This document shows positions 43,644 through 58,857 of a DNA stretch of 64,000 nucleotides, piece after piece. The DNA comes from Eledone cirrhosa. Its lineage: Eukaryota. Position numbers and translations under genes: made by a program. Numbering within the stretch: the first letter of the stretch is position 1; each line of letters starts with the position of its first letter. The stretch covers positions 123,876,001-123,940,000 of the forward strand of contig OZ024741.1 of assembly GCA_964016885.1 (NCBI GenBank). Reading direction: 5' to 3'. Under the pieces are notes generated by a model that had not been told where the DNA came from, made no database searches, and saw only the letters and a program-made list of their open reading frames with translations.

Positions 43644-45235
43644 TATATATATATATATTTATATATATATATATATACATAGACAAATAGGAAAAGTTAC
43701 ACGAGTTTGCATGTTATTATTGCGCCGGATGACACGCAAATTCATGTAGCTTTCCTTATTTCGATATGTAAATAGGTAAATATTACTTTTTCTTCTTTGT
43801 GTTTCCAAATATAATTTTTATTAATTCCTTCATCGAGTAAAATTACTATTTGTGGGGCTCTCTCATATGTATATCTATATATGTGTACATAAGTATATAT
43901 TTTCAGTATATTTCTTAATTACTCCCTTACGGTTGAGTAAAGAATTTTACTAACTCGGACTGCTATATTTAGCAGCCCGTTTACTTGTCATTGTCCACAT
44001 ACCTCTGTCGCTCTGTACGGCGCTAATCATGTGATAATTCTCCCGTTCCAAATTATTGCTGGTAGCGGACAAATCCGTTGAATTCTTTTTTGTTTGAAAA
44101 TGTTCCCTTGTGACTTCAGATTTCCCAGCTCAAAATGCTGAGTTTTGTTCACAGAAAGTGCAGTAGGGATGCTCTAAATAAATAGGTAAATATTTCTTTA
44201 TCTTATTTGCGTTTCCTCAATATAATTGAATAGAATTAAGGGTGGGTGACATATTGGTGTAATGGTTAACACAGTGGTCATCATAGTCAAAGATTTAGAT
44301 TTGTGTCCTATGTACGTCAATGGTCATCCCCATTTTTCTATTCTGTTGGTTTTTATAACTCCAACTATTAGGCTAATTTCTTAGTAAAAAATACGGCGGA
44401 AGCACTATTTCACTATCTAATTTTCTAATTCTCCGTTGTTTGTAAACAAAGCTAAGCTTTGTATCTAATATATATATATATATACATTATGTATTCTTTC
44501 CCTTGTATGCATGTATGTATGTATGCACGTATGTATTTCTATATATTATCCATGTAATACGTATGGCAGTCTTTAGTAGTTTCCTTCGAGCAAATTTCAT
44601 TTGCAAAGCATCACAGAACATTGTGGAGCTGAATTTGTAACGACAAAACTATCAACCGAATTCTCTCTCTACACAGCCAACATACACTTATATGTTGTGT
44701 GTTTAGGTATTTATGAATATGTGTATATGTATGCATCTACAATTTTTCGAGTTATCAAATATTAAATTAATGCTTCTTAGCATCACTAAGGAGATATTGA
44801 AGAAACTTAGAATGGAGGAGGATTTCTTAGATATAATGTTGCTGATCATGTGGCATTTGGGGAGTGGGAGATGTTTGTCAAGATGTGTCGGTGGATGTTT
44901 CATGGTAGGCTGGTTGCTGAGTCCTAGACACCAGAGAGAGGAATAAAGAGGGAACATATATTTGAGGATACAAAATGGTACTTGCCGTAGAGAAGAAGGG
45001 CAGTGGTACATTACGAATGTATGTACGTATATAATAATTGGTGTTGGATGCTTAAAGCGTGCGTAGGCGCGTAGGAAAATCTGCTTCGTAGAATCAAGAC
45101 GTATCTGAGGACCTTGAGATTTTCAGAGTCAGGTTCGATCATCACATAGATCGTGCCTCGAGCTGGTCGCCAGAGAAACGATTGTAATATGTCCAATAAA
45201 TTCCATTCGTCGCAACACTGATTCTCTTTTTTTCT

Positions 45236-45294
<59 letters not shown>

Positions 45295-45811
45295 GTATAT
45301 ATAAGTTAAAAACAAAAAAAGCAAAAACAATAACGAAGAGTGCAGTACAAACAGTGTTGGCATTAGGTTCACGCTTGAGAGTGTGTGTGTGTGTGGGAGG
45401 GGGTGTATATATATATATATATACATATGCGTGTGTGTGTGTGTATGTGTGTGTACATATATATGTATCTGCATACGCATATACCCATACAAGAAAACAT
45501 ACCCACACATTACTTTAAAAAAAATATATTCGTCACTTCAATTTGTATTACACTACGTTTTTTTCATTTCCTTTAATAAATTTGAATGATATTTAATCAT
45601 GTTTTTTTTTTCATTATAAATACATTATCATCTTATTTTTCAATGCAAAAATAAACGACTCCGTGAAGTTACGTAGATTTTGCTTTATATTTTGGAAATT
45701 TTTTGTGAATTTAAGCTGGTTATCTAACTCTTTTAAGAAGCTCACTTATATCACTCGTTTTACAAGTGTTGCATTTCATTTTAACTCAGGAGTATCTGTT
45801 TTTCCCAATTA

Positions 45812-45976
<165 letters not shown>

Positions 45977-47889
45977 TAGGTAGATATGTATATATAAATA
46001 TCTGTATATATATGTATATATATATATATGTATGTATGTATGTGTCTGTAAGTATATATATATATATATATATATATAGTTGTGTGTTTCCTCTATTCAA
46101 TACAATAGAGTGCAGTTTAAAGGGAATGTTTCCACCAATTCTGTCAGTTCAGCTGTGTAGAAACAGTTCACTGATTTATATTTGCAGACTGTTGCTAGCA
46201 TTGATATCACGCGTGTGCTCCTCTTTAGACTTGTTGAACTGTTTCTGTTACTCATATATCTATATACATATATGTACCAACTTACCCTTATACATACACT
46301 CACCTATACATACATCTGTATTCGCGCGCACGCATATCTATATGTATAAAGAGAAAACTGGGGAGGGAGAAAGGAAATGACATAACTATTATAGATGCTA
46401 AATATATCGGCCATTCTTTAGGAGACAAATTTAATGTATATGTCGATATATATTTACATGTTATTATCATGGGTTTTAAAACAGACCTTTAGACAGTAAC
46501 ATTTTACAACAACAGCATCAAAGCTAATCTTACCGGTAAAGAAACACCTTATCAGTTTTCTTTTTCATTCACACTTGAGACATATCATTAAACTACACAG
46601 GGATATCGCCTTAAACATATTTCTTAAAGATAGTTTGGAAAACCTTGGTAGTTGGTATTATGGAAAACAGCTGTTCTGATGAGGAATAAAAAATAAAATA
46701 ATATATTTACAGCTCTAACCTAAGTAGGTTCAGCTTGGCCTAAGTAGGTTGCATCGGTGAAGAGTTTTCTAGGGTGTTTTAATGATAGACGGAAATCATT
46801 CCTAATATGAAAGGTAGCGTGAAATATAACAAATTGCTCAACGAGACTATGAACTTATCCTGATTCCAAACAGTAATCTGTAGACCACGTGCCACTACTT
46901 TTGAGCCAGAAACAAACTGAAGTTTCAGCTTCAAAGCCAGTTTCTTGTGCCCGACTGGCTGAAGATTCCAAACTGACAAAGTATCGGCCGCACTCTTCTA
47001 GCTCTATCGTCGAACACTTGAACGGAAGCATCCGGTATCATGGGTCCCAGATCTACCTTCCTATTTTCTGCAAACAAAAGCGATCACCACAGTAAAAGTG
47101 CTTTAACAAAATGAATAGAAATTCCCATCGTTGTTTGGACATATCAAATGCACTATATTTTGTCTCTTCAAAGTTTATCAGGTGGATGTGAATTATACTG
47201 GAAAGGAAAAGCTGATCACATATCAATGATGGATGGAGATCCGATCTTAGAATATGTTAATGGTGTACATGATAGCACAGTAACATTTCTTTACTTGCCA
47301 TAACATTTATGTTGGGGGTTAATACCTTAATGCACAAATGTTGATCTGTTATCCAGGGTCGATGTTTATATGAGATATGCAGGAAATTCTTTCTAGACTA
47401 TATGATAGCGGGAACGAGAGCGATTGGACGACCCAAAGGGTGATAAAAATACAAGATTCTAAAGTTGTCTCATTGTTAATGATGGGTAGAACTCAATGCA
47501 ATAAAGATGAACAGGTGGTTTCTCTAAAGTCAGTATGTAGGGTATGATACTTAGGACACCAAGAATGCTCCAATGGTAAATATAGAGACACGATTCTAAA
47601 AGGTACTCAATGTCAAGGAAAATGAACAGGGATAAACGGAAAAAATATGTTTCGTACTGTGCTGTAAGTAAAAAGAACACGATAAAAAGATAAACTAACA
47701 ACATATGAGAGTTTAAACTTGATACTGAAAAAATGCCGTCTTATACGGATTACTGTCTCAATGAGATAAAAATAGGAAGATAAAGGAAACGAACTTAAAT
47801 AGAGCTATGATTTAAATGTAACATTACTCAATGCTGTCAATGGTGTTGATAGGATTAGAACGAAAACGAATATGAGTTTTTCAATTAGG

Positions 47890-48055
47890 TACTGTAATAG
47901 CTGTGTGGTTACGATGCTCGCTTCGAAACAGTCTAGTTTCAAATTGCCTCCCATGGTGAAGCACCTAGGGCTAGTGACTTTTGCTAGAACAACCGGTTGA
48001 CAAATGCCTTGTGAGTGAGATTTGGTAAATGGAAACTGCGTGGAAGCATTGATGT

Positions 48056-48058
<3 letters not shown>
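47890..48058 (+). mobile_element. tRNA-derived SINE (octopus OK-like)
   Basis: gctgtgtggttacgatgctcgcttc...gccttgtgagtgagatttggtaaatggaaactg; family assignment from recollection of cephalopod SINE consensus, not a search. Confidence 0.55.
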
Positions 48059-48099
<41 letters not shown>

Positions 48100-48105
<6 letters not shown>

Positions 48106-48355
48106 CGAATAATGTACACCATTTTACCAGGGGGAAAAACATACTGGTCCACCCACACACACACACACACACATATATATACACACACACATACACACGC
48201 GTACATTAACATACAAAGAGACTTATACACACACACACACTTCTCCGTATAAGACAAAAGCTGAAAAATATCTTTTGACATGCTAAAATACCCCCCATTG
48301 CTTTCAGACACATTCTTACTGACCATCCCTGCTACCGCGAATTACTCTGCTACAC

Positions 48356-48401
<46 letters not shown>

Positions 48402-49002
48402 GCGCACACACACTTATCTTAATAGCCATTTGACACACATCCCTGCTAACCATTATCACAACATCGAACACCTTACTACTACTACACACACACACACACA
48501 CACACACATATTTGTTGTGAAAGAGTCATTTCTCAATCTTGGCGCAAAACCAATTTTTTATTCACATGACCTCTACCGACCAATCAAAATTGTTTTGACC
48601 ACAAGAATTTTTGCAAACACCAAATAGCGCTGGAGCCACTTTTTTAACATAAAAACAGTCTTGGCGCAAAATCAATTTTTTACATCCACATGACCTCTAC
48701 CGACCAATCAAAATTGTTTTGACCACAAGAATTTTTGCAACACCAAAGTAACGCTGGAGCCACTTTTTTAACATAAAAACAGCTAGAATTCCCAAAACTA
48801 ATCAGATCAGAGCAAACAACACGGACACTCTATCTCAAAATTATTTTTGAAAAGCATTTAGAAATGCGCAACCGGTAAAAACTTAAAAACTTAAAACCAC
48901 AACTGAATACTAACCCATACAATCACTAATACTCTTTTATTCCTAATTAAACCATTTTTCAACTGTGAACAATTTGTCAGCATTTTCTATTCCGTTTACC
49001 AA
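48100..49002 (+). mobile_element. Solo 3' portion of the PLE family at 59720-63000, between (TA)n tracts
   Basis: Homologous to ~61905-62827, with an internal ~122-bp tandem duplication at 48538-48780. Confidence 0.75.
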
Positions 49003-49006
49003 TATA

Positions 49007-49059
<53 letters not shown>

Positions 49060-49060
49060 A

Positions 49061-50112
49061 TATATCATATTATATTTAGAGTTTAAACTCAAACAGTCAT
49101 TTACAATTAATTAGCTCAAAGAAAGAAGCATTTCTGAGCCGTGAAATACAAGTTAATATAAATTAATATATGATAAACACCTAAGTGTTTGTATTGTAAA
49201 AGACGAAGTTAGCTAGAATGAAATAAACTAATTCAAATAAATATAGCTTGCCTGTATCGATTTAAAATAATAAATCAATATACACAAACTCATATTGGCA
49301 AATAGCCGTGGTACCAGGACAAATTTAAATTTCAAAATTCAAACCTTTCCCGCAGATCAATCTGAACATCAAAATCCAAACAAGTTTCGCAAACGATTGT
49401 ATAAAAAGTGTAATAATCAATTTTGTGCTTATCAACAGGTACCCGGAAAAATTAGGTTACTTCACCTCGAAAACATTTTGAAGGTCTGGTTTATGAGCAC
49501 AAAACGCACGAGGTTTTGCACTCGGTTTTTCCAGCTCTCTAGCTATCTCATATTCATGGCGCTAGAAATAACAGCCGTTTATATGGGATTAAAAATTAGC
49601 TCTACCGAAGGAGCAGTAATATCATATCATATTTAGAGTTTAAACTCAAACAGTCATTTACAATTAATTAGCTCAAAGAAAGAAGCATTTCTGAGCCGTG
49701 AAATACAAGTTAATTTAAATTAATATATGATAAACACCTAAGTGTTTGTATTGTAAAAGACGAAGTTAGCTAGAATGAAATAAACTAATTCAAATAAATA
49801 TAGCTTGCCTGTATCGATTTAAAATAATAAATCAATATACACAAACATATTGGCAAATAGCCGTGGTACCTGGACAAATTTAAATTTCAAAATTCAAACC
49901 TTTTCCGCAGATCAATATGAACATCAAAATCCAAACAAGTTTCGCAAACGATGGTATAAAAAGTGAAATAATCAATTTTCTGTGCTTATCAACAGGTACC
50001 CAGAAAAAAAGCTATATTTATTTGAATTAGTTTATTTCATTCTAGCTAACTTCGTCTTTTACAATACAAACACTTAGGTGTTTATCATATATTAATTTAT
50101 ATTAACTTGTAT
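49061..50112. mobile_element. Partial tandem (~558-bp unit) plus short inverted copy, PLE-like
   Basis: 49061-49445 is repeated at ~49619-50005. 50010-50112 is the reverse complement of ~49147-49248. TA flanks both ends. Confidence 0.7.
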
Positions 50113-50639
50113 AAACATATATATATATATATAGTTACACATTTACTATATATAAAGCGAAGGTGTAACTATATACACAATGCGCGAAGGAGAGTAGAGA
50201 ATTATATATGATAGTATGTAATTAGTACATGTTCTTAGATCTAGCTGAATATGTTTACATATTATAGAGAAAGAAATTATTAGTGGAACGATTTAGAGGT
50301 GTAGGAATAAACATAGAGCAAATATAAACAAGTATATAACTTCTAGCATTTAAAAACCATATTTATTTGCTTCGACATATTTCAAAGGAGTTGTATATAC
50401 AATTATTTGAAATGTTATGAAACATTTCGTCTATTCTGTGTCCATAAACCTGCGTAAATATATAGCAATAATTTTGCATTCCTTATCGTCCGAGGAGTGA
50501 TACATGTTTCAAAATGAGTGGGGAGGTGTGTGAAATACCAATTTTACCTGAGGCAAGAATACTGATGCAAGGACATGCATTAGTCTTACAGTTTAAGCAA
50601 GGACATGCCTCATTCTTATAGTTTTTTTACGTTTCTCGT

Positions 50640-51035
50640 GTCGATATTTTACTAGCTTTTCAACTGATAGTAGTCGGTGTATGGTCTACCAGAACACTTT
50701 TTCTGAAGATCTGACGTCGGATTCCAGCTTAACACCAAATCCTCACATGTCTTAACTTTGGATGTCTTTACTGTGTCCTCTGCGATTCGTCGTGCTTGCT
50801 TCGACCGCAAATCCAAGAATGATAACTTATTTCCAAGCCCAGCTTGCAGGCCTCCTTTTTTACTGCTTGATTGAACCGAGACTCCTCCTGCCCTCCGGTG
50901 CCACACCAAGCCCCTTTTTCCCGCATCATTTAACAACTGAATGAGAAAATGTGGTGCTGAACAATCCCCATTCCGTTTCAACGTCCTCGGTTTGCCCAGG
51001 GAGTTCTCTAAATTTGGATGTAATTGTATCTGCAT
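50640..51035 (-). mobile_element. RTE-type LINE endonuclease-RT linker remnant
   Basis: Frameshifted peptides EDVETEWGLF...CGKKG and KQARRIAEDTVKTSKVK. Confidence 0.55.
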
Positions 51036-52005
51036 ACCTGGGCCAAGAAATAAATATAAATATCCTGTCGCAATTTATATAAGGTACTATATTGTCGAAT
51101 ATATCCTTTTTTTTTAAGTGGTATGTTGTCTTCGTGCTATTTCTCGCCATCACCCGTGACAAGGGCCCACCAAAATTGATGGTCACTGCATTACAAATTC
51201 ATAACTGTAGCACACTGTTTAACTTAACTGCAGTCGTATCTCCTCCCTAAAAACTGGATAATTGGATTCACCATCAACAGGAGTGTGGAAATGTGCCATC
51301 ACAGAGAAAGGCCACCAGCTGAATAAATGTTACCGGCGACATACTAAGAAATACTCTGAAACGATCTAGTTAGAAACAAAGGTATTAGGCAAGTGGGTTA
51401 TGCTATAACAATCAAATGGCTCATAGACCAACAACAAACCAAATGATTTAATTTCCCCCATTAGGGTGGCGGTAATCCACATACCCAGAAGGGGCCGATA
51501 ATACCAAGTATTCAGGCTTCAGATGTTGTAGATTTACCACAGCGGTGGTGAGTCCACAGAGACTCTAATGCATGCAACATTCACAGTACGGCACTGCTAC
51601 ATGGCTAACGATTGAGTGTAGAATGTTAATATTGTCTCCCTCCAAAATGAATACACCTGGTTTGTAGATCTAGAAACGAAACAGGGCTGAATTATTAAGA
51701 TGTTCTTATCGTAATTGTTATGTCCGATTTTGGCGAGTGATACCGTCTCAAGTTGTATCTCCCTGATAAGTACGTTATGTGTCTGTTCAGCAATCAGTTG
51801 AAGCATTCATCGTCGAGAGTGAGAGAGGTCCGTTCTGCAAATGCAGTCACTTATATATCGACAGCAACGTTATACTTTATATTTTTATCTGATTGAAACA
51901 GTGGAACGACTGAAAATTGAGTTTTCTATAATAATCTACCCCGGAAATTCCCCACCATCATCAAATTATGATGTCTGATCTATCGGCTAATAAAAAAAAT
52001 CTCCA

Positions 52006-52038
<33 letters not shown>

Positions 52039-52057
52039 TATGTGTGTGGGTGTGTGT

Positions 52058-52095
<38 letters not shown>

Positions 52096-52434
52096 ATATG
52101 TATGTGTATGTGCGTATGTGAGTATGTATAGAATATAAATATGCATCATACTATAGCAAAAAAATAAATATAAATATACAAATACAAATTAGTTTCGGGA
52201 CAAACAGAATTTGCAATATCTATGCGTATGTAAATATGTGTAAGAGGTAGTGCGTGTGTATATGTTTATAATCACTTTTCGATCCATATATTTGTGTTCC
52301 CATGACAACAAATATAATTAAACTACGTACAAACATTTGCACTACGCCAAAAGCTATTTTTGAAACTTTTAAATTTGTTTGTGTCTTGGACGTTTCATAT
52401 AACTTATTTTCTCAGTGTTCATACAGTCACATAA

Positions 52435-52466
<32 letters not shown>

Positions 52467-52496
52467 AATATTAATAATAATAATAATAATAATAAT

Positions 52497-53450
52497 ACGC
52501 CCAATACCATGCGTAACACAAGCATGTACTGCGAGATGAACAAATAAAAATTAATACACAATACCAAATCGCTTTTCCTATGGTTAATCAGGAAGCGCGT
52601 CCCTCAGGAAGGTGCCAACCTGAGATTGAAAAGTCCTCCTCTGGCACAAACTCTTCTCCAATTAAGGACCTGGATGGTCACTTCATCGGGGATTGCTCCA
52701 ACTCGAGCCCTCCAGATCCACCACCCAAACCACCTCAAAAAGAAAAACCTAAAAGGATGAAATGGACCCGAGAAGAGTATAAAGAAGTAATATATGCATA
52801 TTACTATGCATTAGGTAAGCCATCACAAGACAGACTCACTTTAAACTCCTACAAAATCTGGAAAACTCGGAATCAAGCTAGCAGACGTGATATGGACGGA
52901 AATAAGTTGGTAAATGTAAGGAGGTATATCTTCAGAAATAATAGACTCAGAGACACTGAACTAACTGCGATCAAGCAGGCTGTGGAGAATCACATAAATA
53001 TAAATGACGAAAGAACTGAAGAATCTCCTGGAGATAGCAACCAGTCACAAGTCTTTACTGAAAGACCTCCATCTGACCAAATCACCAATAGGTTTGTAGA
53101 AATTAGAACCCCTATTGAACCCGCTGAAAATAGCCAGGAGAGGGACTTAGAAACAGTAATTGAAAACCAAACATCTGCTGAAGAACACAGGGAGACTATG
53201 AAGGAATTAAAGCAAAAAAGACTGAATGAGCTTGCAGTAGTAAGACATTTTAGTATAAATGATAGAGAACCACTTCAAAAACTCCCAAATACAATCCAAA
53301 ATAGAAAACAAATAATGATTGCTAATTCAGTGATAAAAGAAACCATAGAAGAACTAGAACCTGATCTTACTCAGTTAAATGAAATCATTTATGCATCTGC
53401 TAGAGTATTTGAAACAAGTTGTTTACCACCGACTAAAGAAATCGATTGAT
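52497..53450 (+). mobile_element. 5' part of an R4/Dong-like non-LTR retrotransposon (ORF 52580-53449) abutting (TAA)n
   Basis: RMKWTREEYKEVIYAYY...IWK...NKLVNVRRYIFRNNRL..TEL..IK resembles the R4/Dong N-terminal region. (TAA)n lies at 52450-52496. Confidence 0.7.
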
Positions 53451-54278
53451 AAGATCCCAGTCCTCATTCGCTTACCGAGTGGAGTAGAGCTCGTCAAATT
53501 GAAACCAGGAGACAATGTTTCCACTGGTATTCCTATTGCTGATACTAATTACTGGTGGCATCTCCCGAGAGTAAATGCAACATAAAATAATGTGTTTTGC
53601 TCAAAGACATAACATATCACAGACATAACAATATTGCGAATCCAACTTTCTAAACACTAAGCCAAGCACCTTCATTGTCATCTTCCAATCACCAATTATT
53701 TTTTAAGTTTATTATTTTACTAAATCCCTCGAAATTTTTATTATTCCCTTTGATATTAATGGCATATTACAGGTTGTCTATTTCAGTACATATATGATAA
53801 TATGGACTTTGTAACATATAGACAGGTCGATTTATACTCGGTATGTTTGACTTGTGTTTAGTGTATCATGAAATATTATAGCACATTGATATATTTGGAA
53901 GTAGATTGATAGACAGAATGAGATGTAACACTGACGGAATAGTGGGGATTTGTTAAAAAGTTCGTTTCGAAACCTTAAGATTCGGGGTTCAATCAGACGG
54001 TGTGGACTATTGGACAAGTGTCATCTACCATAACCACGGGTAGACACAAGTGAAATTGAGTAATCAAAATTATTTCAAAACTCATCGGATGGATCTATAA
54101 TTCAAATTTCCAGGTTTCTTGCATATTGTAGAACATTGAATCACACAGAGAATTACGTTAAAGGTACACGTGTTTGTGGAATAGTCAACCAATGATATGT
54201 TACGTGATGATTGGCAATATTCTAGATTATGTATCGGTAAAATACACAAATATACATATACATATACATATACAGAGA

Positions 54279-54373
<95 letters not shown>

Positions 54374-54994
54374 ATAGCTTGTTCGTCACAAAAATAATAA
54401 CCAAAATACTATTACAGTACAACAAATATCAATTCTTTTTATTTTTTACAGAATTCAATGCGACAAATGTATAATCTGTTTCATTTCCTAACATAGATCG
54501 TCGAAGCATTCAATGAAAGTCCGAGATTGGGTCTACATAGAGGCATATCGATTGCAAATTTAAATGAAAGAATGAAAAGAGAAAACCATCAAAGTAAAGA
54601 AATGCGAGTAGTTAATTCTTTGTAGGAAATGATTATGTGCTATTATTGGATGATGGGGATTTGAAGGAGTTGATATAAATAATGCTTAGTTTGCACAATG
54701 AAAATAAACTAATATTGGCAAAGATGTTATAGCGAGAGCCAAATGATTAGCAGTATTTGTTCCTTCTCAGAACGTTATGAGTTCAATCCGGCTTATGTCA
54801 ACTTTGGTTTCTACTTTCCGCCCCTGACAAATATAAAATATCAGAACTGGTACCAATAAAATCAGTTTTCCCTTCCTGCTAAAATTCCTGGCCTTGTTTT
54901 AAAATTTCAAGCGATAATTTGTGACAAGTGAACATTGCTAATGCGAATAATAATACATAAAATAGTACAATTGAAAGAATAAAGAAAACATAAT

Positions 54995-55098
54995 TGTTTC
55001 TACTTTTGGCACAAGGTCAGCAATGATACCAGTGCATTACTGATACTTTATTTTATCGACCCCGTAAGGATGAAAGGCAAAGTTAACCTCGGCGGGAA
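54995..55098 (-). mobile_element. SINE family A fragment
   Basis: ttttatcgaccccgtaaggatgaaaggcaaagttaacctcggcggga. Confidence 0.7.
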
Positions 55099-55625
55099 CA
55101 TAATGAGAGTAATGGACAGGGAGAAAGGTAGATTTTACACCCAGTTAAGGTAATACGTCATAGAAGAACTGCCAGTGACGTCTACTGTATCAGCCACTCT
55201 ACATATTGTGGCACCTTCTTTAGGCAGAGGAAAATGGGGCCCGAGAAAGAGCGTGATCTCGAAAGCAACCAGCATGAAAGTAAAGCATACGGTGGGTTGC
55301 CGGAATTCAGCTGTCTTCCTCTTCCTCGCACTAAGAGTGGAAGTACTAGAATGTGTGACGAAGCGACAAGGCTGGTGACGTATAATGCGTCACCTCACGT
55401 GCCATCGCAGATTAGAGCGTAACACCCTCTTACGGGAAGATGGTTATCTCCACTTACAATCACCATGATTGCGGGTGGTAGGCTCCAATTATGATGGGAA
55501 ATCGACCACTTTGAGTCACCAGAATGGGAAGTGTAGCCTGCTATTATTGAGCAAGTTACATGAGTGTGATGATCGAAGTTATAGCGGATGATTCTATACA
55601 TTTAGCATTTTACCGATCTAAATTC

Positions 55626-55656
<31 letters not shown>

Positions 55657-55845
55657 CCGGAAATAAAATGGTGTTTATGTGTGTGTGCGGGTGTGTCTGT
55701 ATATAATATATATATATATATATATAAATATATACATACACACACTCGCACATAAGCACAAGTGAGAGTTTATGTAACATTACCTATTGACTACGCTGAG
55801 ATGCAACCGGTCCTAGCAGTGAAACCCATGCTAGTTCCGTCAACT

Positions 55846-55897
<52 letters not shown>

Positions 55898-57164
55898 CAG
55901 AGATATCCACGTTAAGTTGATATATATATATATACACCCACACACACATAAACACAATTTATATATATAAATATATACATATGTGTGTGTGTATGTGTGT
56001 ATGTGTGTGTCTGTGTGTTTGTGTTTGTGTAGAAAGAGATAAGGTAAGAGGGAAAGAGAGGCGGATGATGGAAAGGATGTTTACTGAGAAAGGATTAAAG
56101 GAAAGGAATGGAAAAGCATGATCAAATGAGTCAAATGTGTGTGCTTTCTTATACGACATTCGCTGCTGAATATATAGCATTTACGATTTTTACGTGCATG
56201 CCTCTGTATGTGTAAAAGAGAGAAAAATGTTTGTGTGTGCGCATGGAGTTTTATTTTTATCTTTTGCGCTTAATTTGTGATTATACTGCGTCATTCGTTT
56301 ATGTATATGAACTAAGACATTCAGGAGTCATCATTATAACTTGATCTTGCAATCAGAATTTAATAATACTAGAACTTCAGAAGACACTAAGAATAGAGTT
56401 TTTCTCGTAACCGTATTTTATTTTTATTGAACAGCTCAAACCTTAAAAATAAAAAAAAAAATAGAAACATCTGCGGTTTGTCACAGTTGTATAATTCTAT
56501 GAGACTTTAAAAACATTGTTATTTCAGTCACCTGTTTCACACGATTAAGCGTGAGAATTTATTTCATTATTATCATTATTTTGTTTGACGGTGACATACT
56601 TACAAATCAGACCATGGTCACTTGAGCCCTTTTGAGGGTCAACAACTACAAACTTTCATTCATTAAATCGATTATAATTTCCACCAAATAAAAAGAAAAT
56701 TAAAACATGTGGGCACTACACCGGTTAGTAATCAATATTATAATATCACTGACAATGTGATTGTGTGATCACAATGTCATAATTTTATCTCCTCCATGGG
56801 CTTCGTGTTGTCTTCTTCACCATGGTGCTTCATTTCCCGTTAATGTTCATGTTTAAACTTGGACTCCATCACTAAAACAGCTGGAAAATCTCCTGTGAGA
56901 TGCAAATTCGTAGAACGTCAGTTAAACATCTGCATACGAGTGAACTGTAACAACAACATGATAGGACTGAAAACATTTCAAATATCTCATAGAATTTGCA
57001 AACCTCCAAACACGTCTTAACCCTAACAAGACCTAACCTTAGCAATAACCATTGACAAATTTCCATCAGTAGTAAGTTCCCACCTATCATTTCAATTCAG
57101 ATATGAGTCAGAGGAGAAGTAGTTTTGTTTTCTTTACTGGCAAGATATAAATATACATACATAC

Positions 57165-57299
<135 letters not shown>

Positions 57300-58133
57300 T
57301 GTGTGTGTGTGTGCGCGCGCGCGCGCGCGTAATAATCAGTCTAGTAGTGACTCAAGTAGACAAAACCTCTGCATTTACTTCTGTGTTATAAATAGTAGCA
57401 GGGATTGAAAATGATTTACACATACCAGACTAATAAAGATCGAAATGTCTTTCATTTGATTTTAGATCGAAGAGCTATTACTTTTAGTATACGTTGCTAA
57501 CGCTAATTAAGTGGGCATGACTTTTACAACGCTCATTCTCCATATTCTTCTAAGTGAATAGATTCAATTTAGCATGGCATACAGCATGTCTTAATATATC
57601 CACGACAGATTACAAAGCTTGAGCTGATTTAATCCTTTCTTCTTAACATACAATGAAAAATGCATGGATATTACAGCACACACACCATATTCCACCAAGT
57701 GTAATATCTTAGATTAGTATATGATACATCGCGTCTACGACGGGCGTACGTAATGACAACAATTCATGCATTCTATTACTCATTTACTACAATAAAATAT
57801 ATAGCATAGATGCCACATCATACACTCGTCTTTATGCTTCCTTGTCAATAGTCTAAATTTAGCATAACATATAACATAACTGAATATGACCAGCGTGGAT
57901 TATTCATTCTATTACCCAGAAACTAAAATATGAAAATGCCGGAACACTACAGCTCTCACTCCCATATCTCTCAAAGTCAATAAATCCAATTTAAATATAT
58001 TTTACATATTAGTATATCCACGACAAATTGGGAAACGTCAACCAATTTATTGTTTTATATTACAAAGCTGTTTACACAAAAACAAAAAATGAAAAGAAAA
58101 AAAAGAAAAGAATTAAACAACGAAAGAGAGAGA

Positions 58134-58217
<84 letters not shown>

Positions 58218-58812
58218 GACATTTATAATGTTAGTATTATTTCCTAATAAAAAAAGGCATGCACACCACAGCTTACTATCGCAATAATCATACATGTGAA
58301 TATTCTCATTTGCTATGAAATACTTGTCTAATATATCCACGACAGACTTACATAACTTGAATCAAATCTATTCGTTATACTTGCGTGAGATAAATAAAAT
58401 ATCGATTTATTGATTGCATAAACGTTGGTAAACTTGGTGGGTCTTACTCTAGCTTCTCTGAATGTTGTTTGATGTTTAATGAATTCAATATATTCTCACA
58501 AATGTTGTCGCGAGCGCCGTACAACAAATAGGAAAATGGCGGCAAGAGGAAACCTTGACCTTTTAAAAAGTTTCTGACTGGAATTATTTTAAATTTGTAT
58601 ATATGTTTATTATTTGTGTTATAATGTTTTAGTCTATGATTTGTTTTTCAAATATACATGCCATGTCATAAATGAAGTTACACTGTATATTCAACAATTT
58701 CATATAATTAAAAAACAAACAGTTTCATTTACATGTTTTTTATTGATTTACGAGATATTACATGCGTTTCCTTGATAATTGGCTCAATGTGATCTATGTA
58801 ATTTACTGAATC

Positions 58813-58857
<45 letters not shown>

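Noticed and set aside
46676-46800. CTGATGAGG as an HHR core
   Set aside because: No matching stem II, GAAA or stem I was found.
55130-55620. Higher-GC segment, possibly a LINE 5' region or an exon
   Set aside because: No diagnostic motif; it cannot be assigned without a database search.
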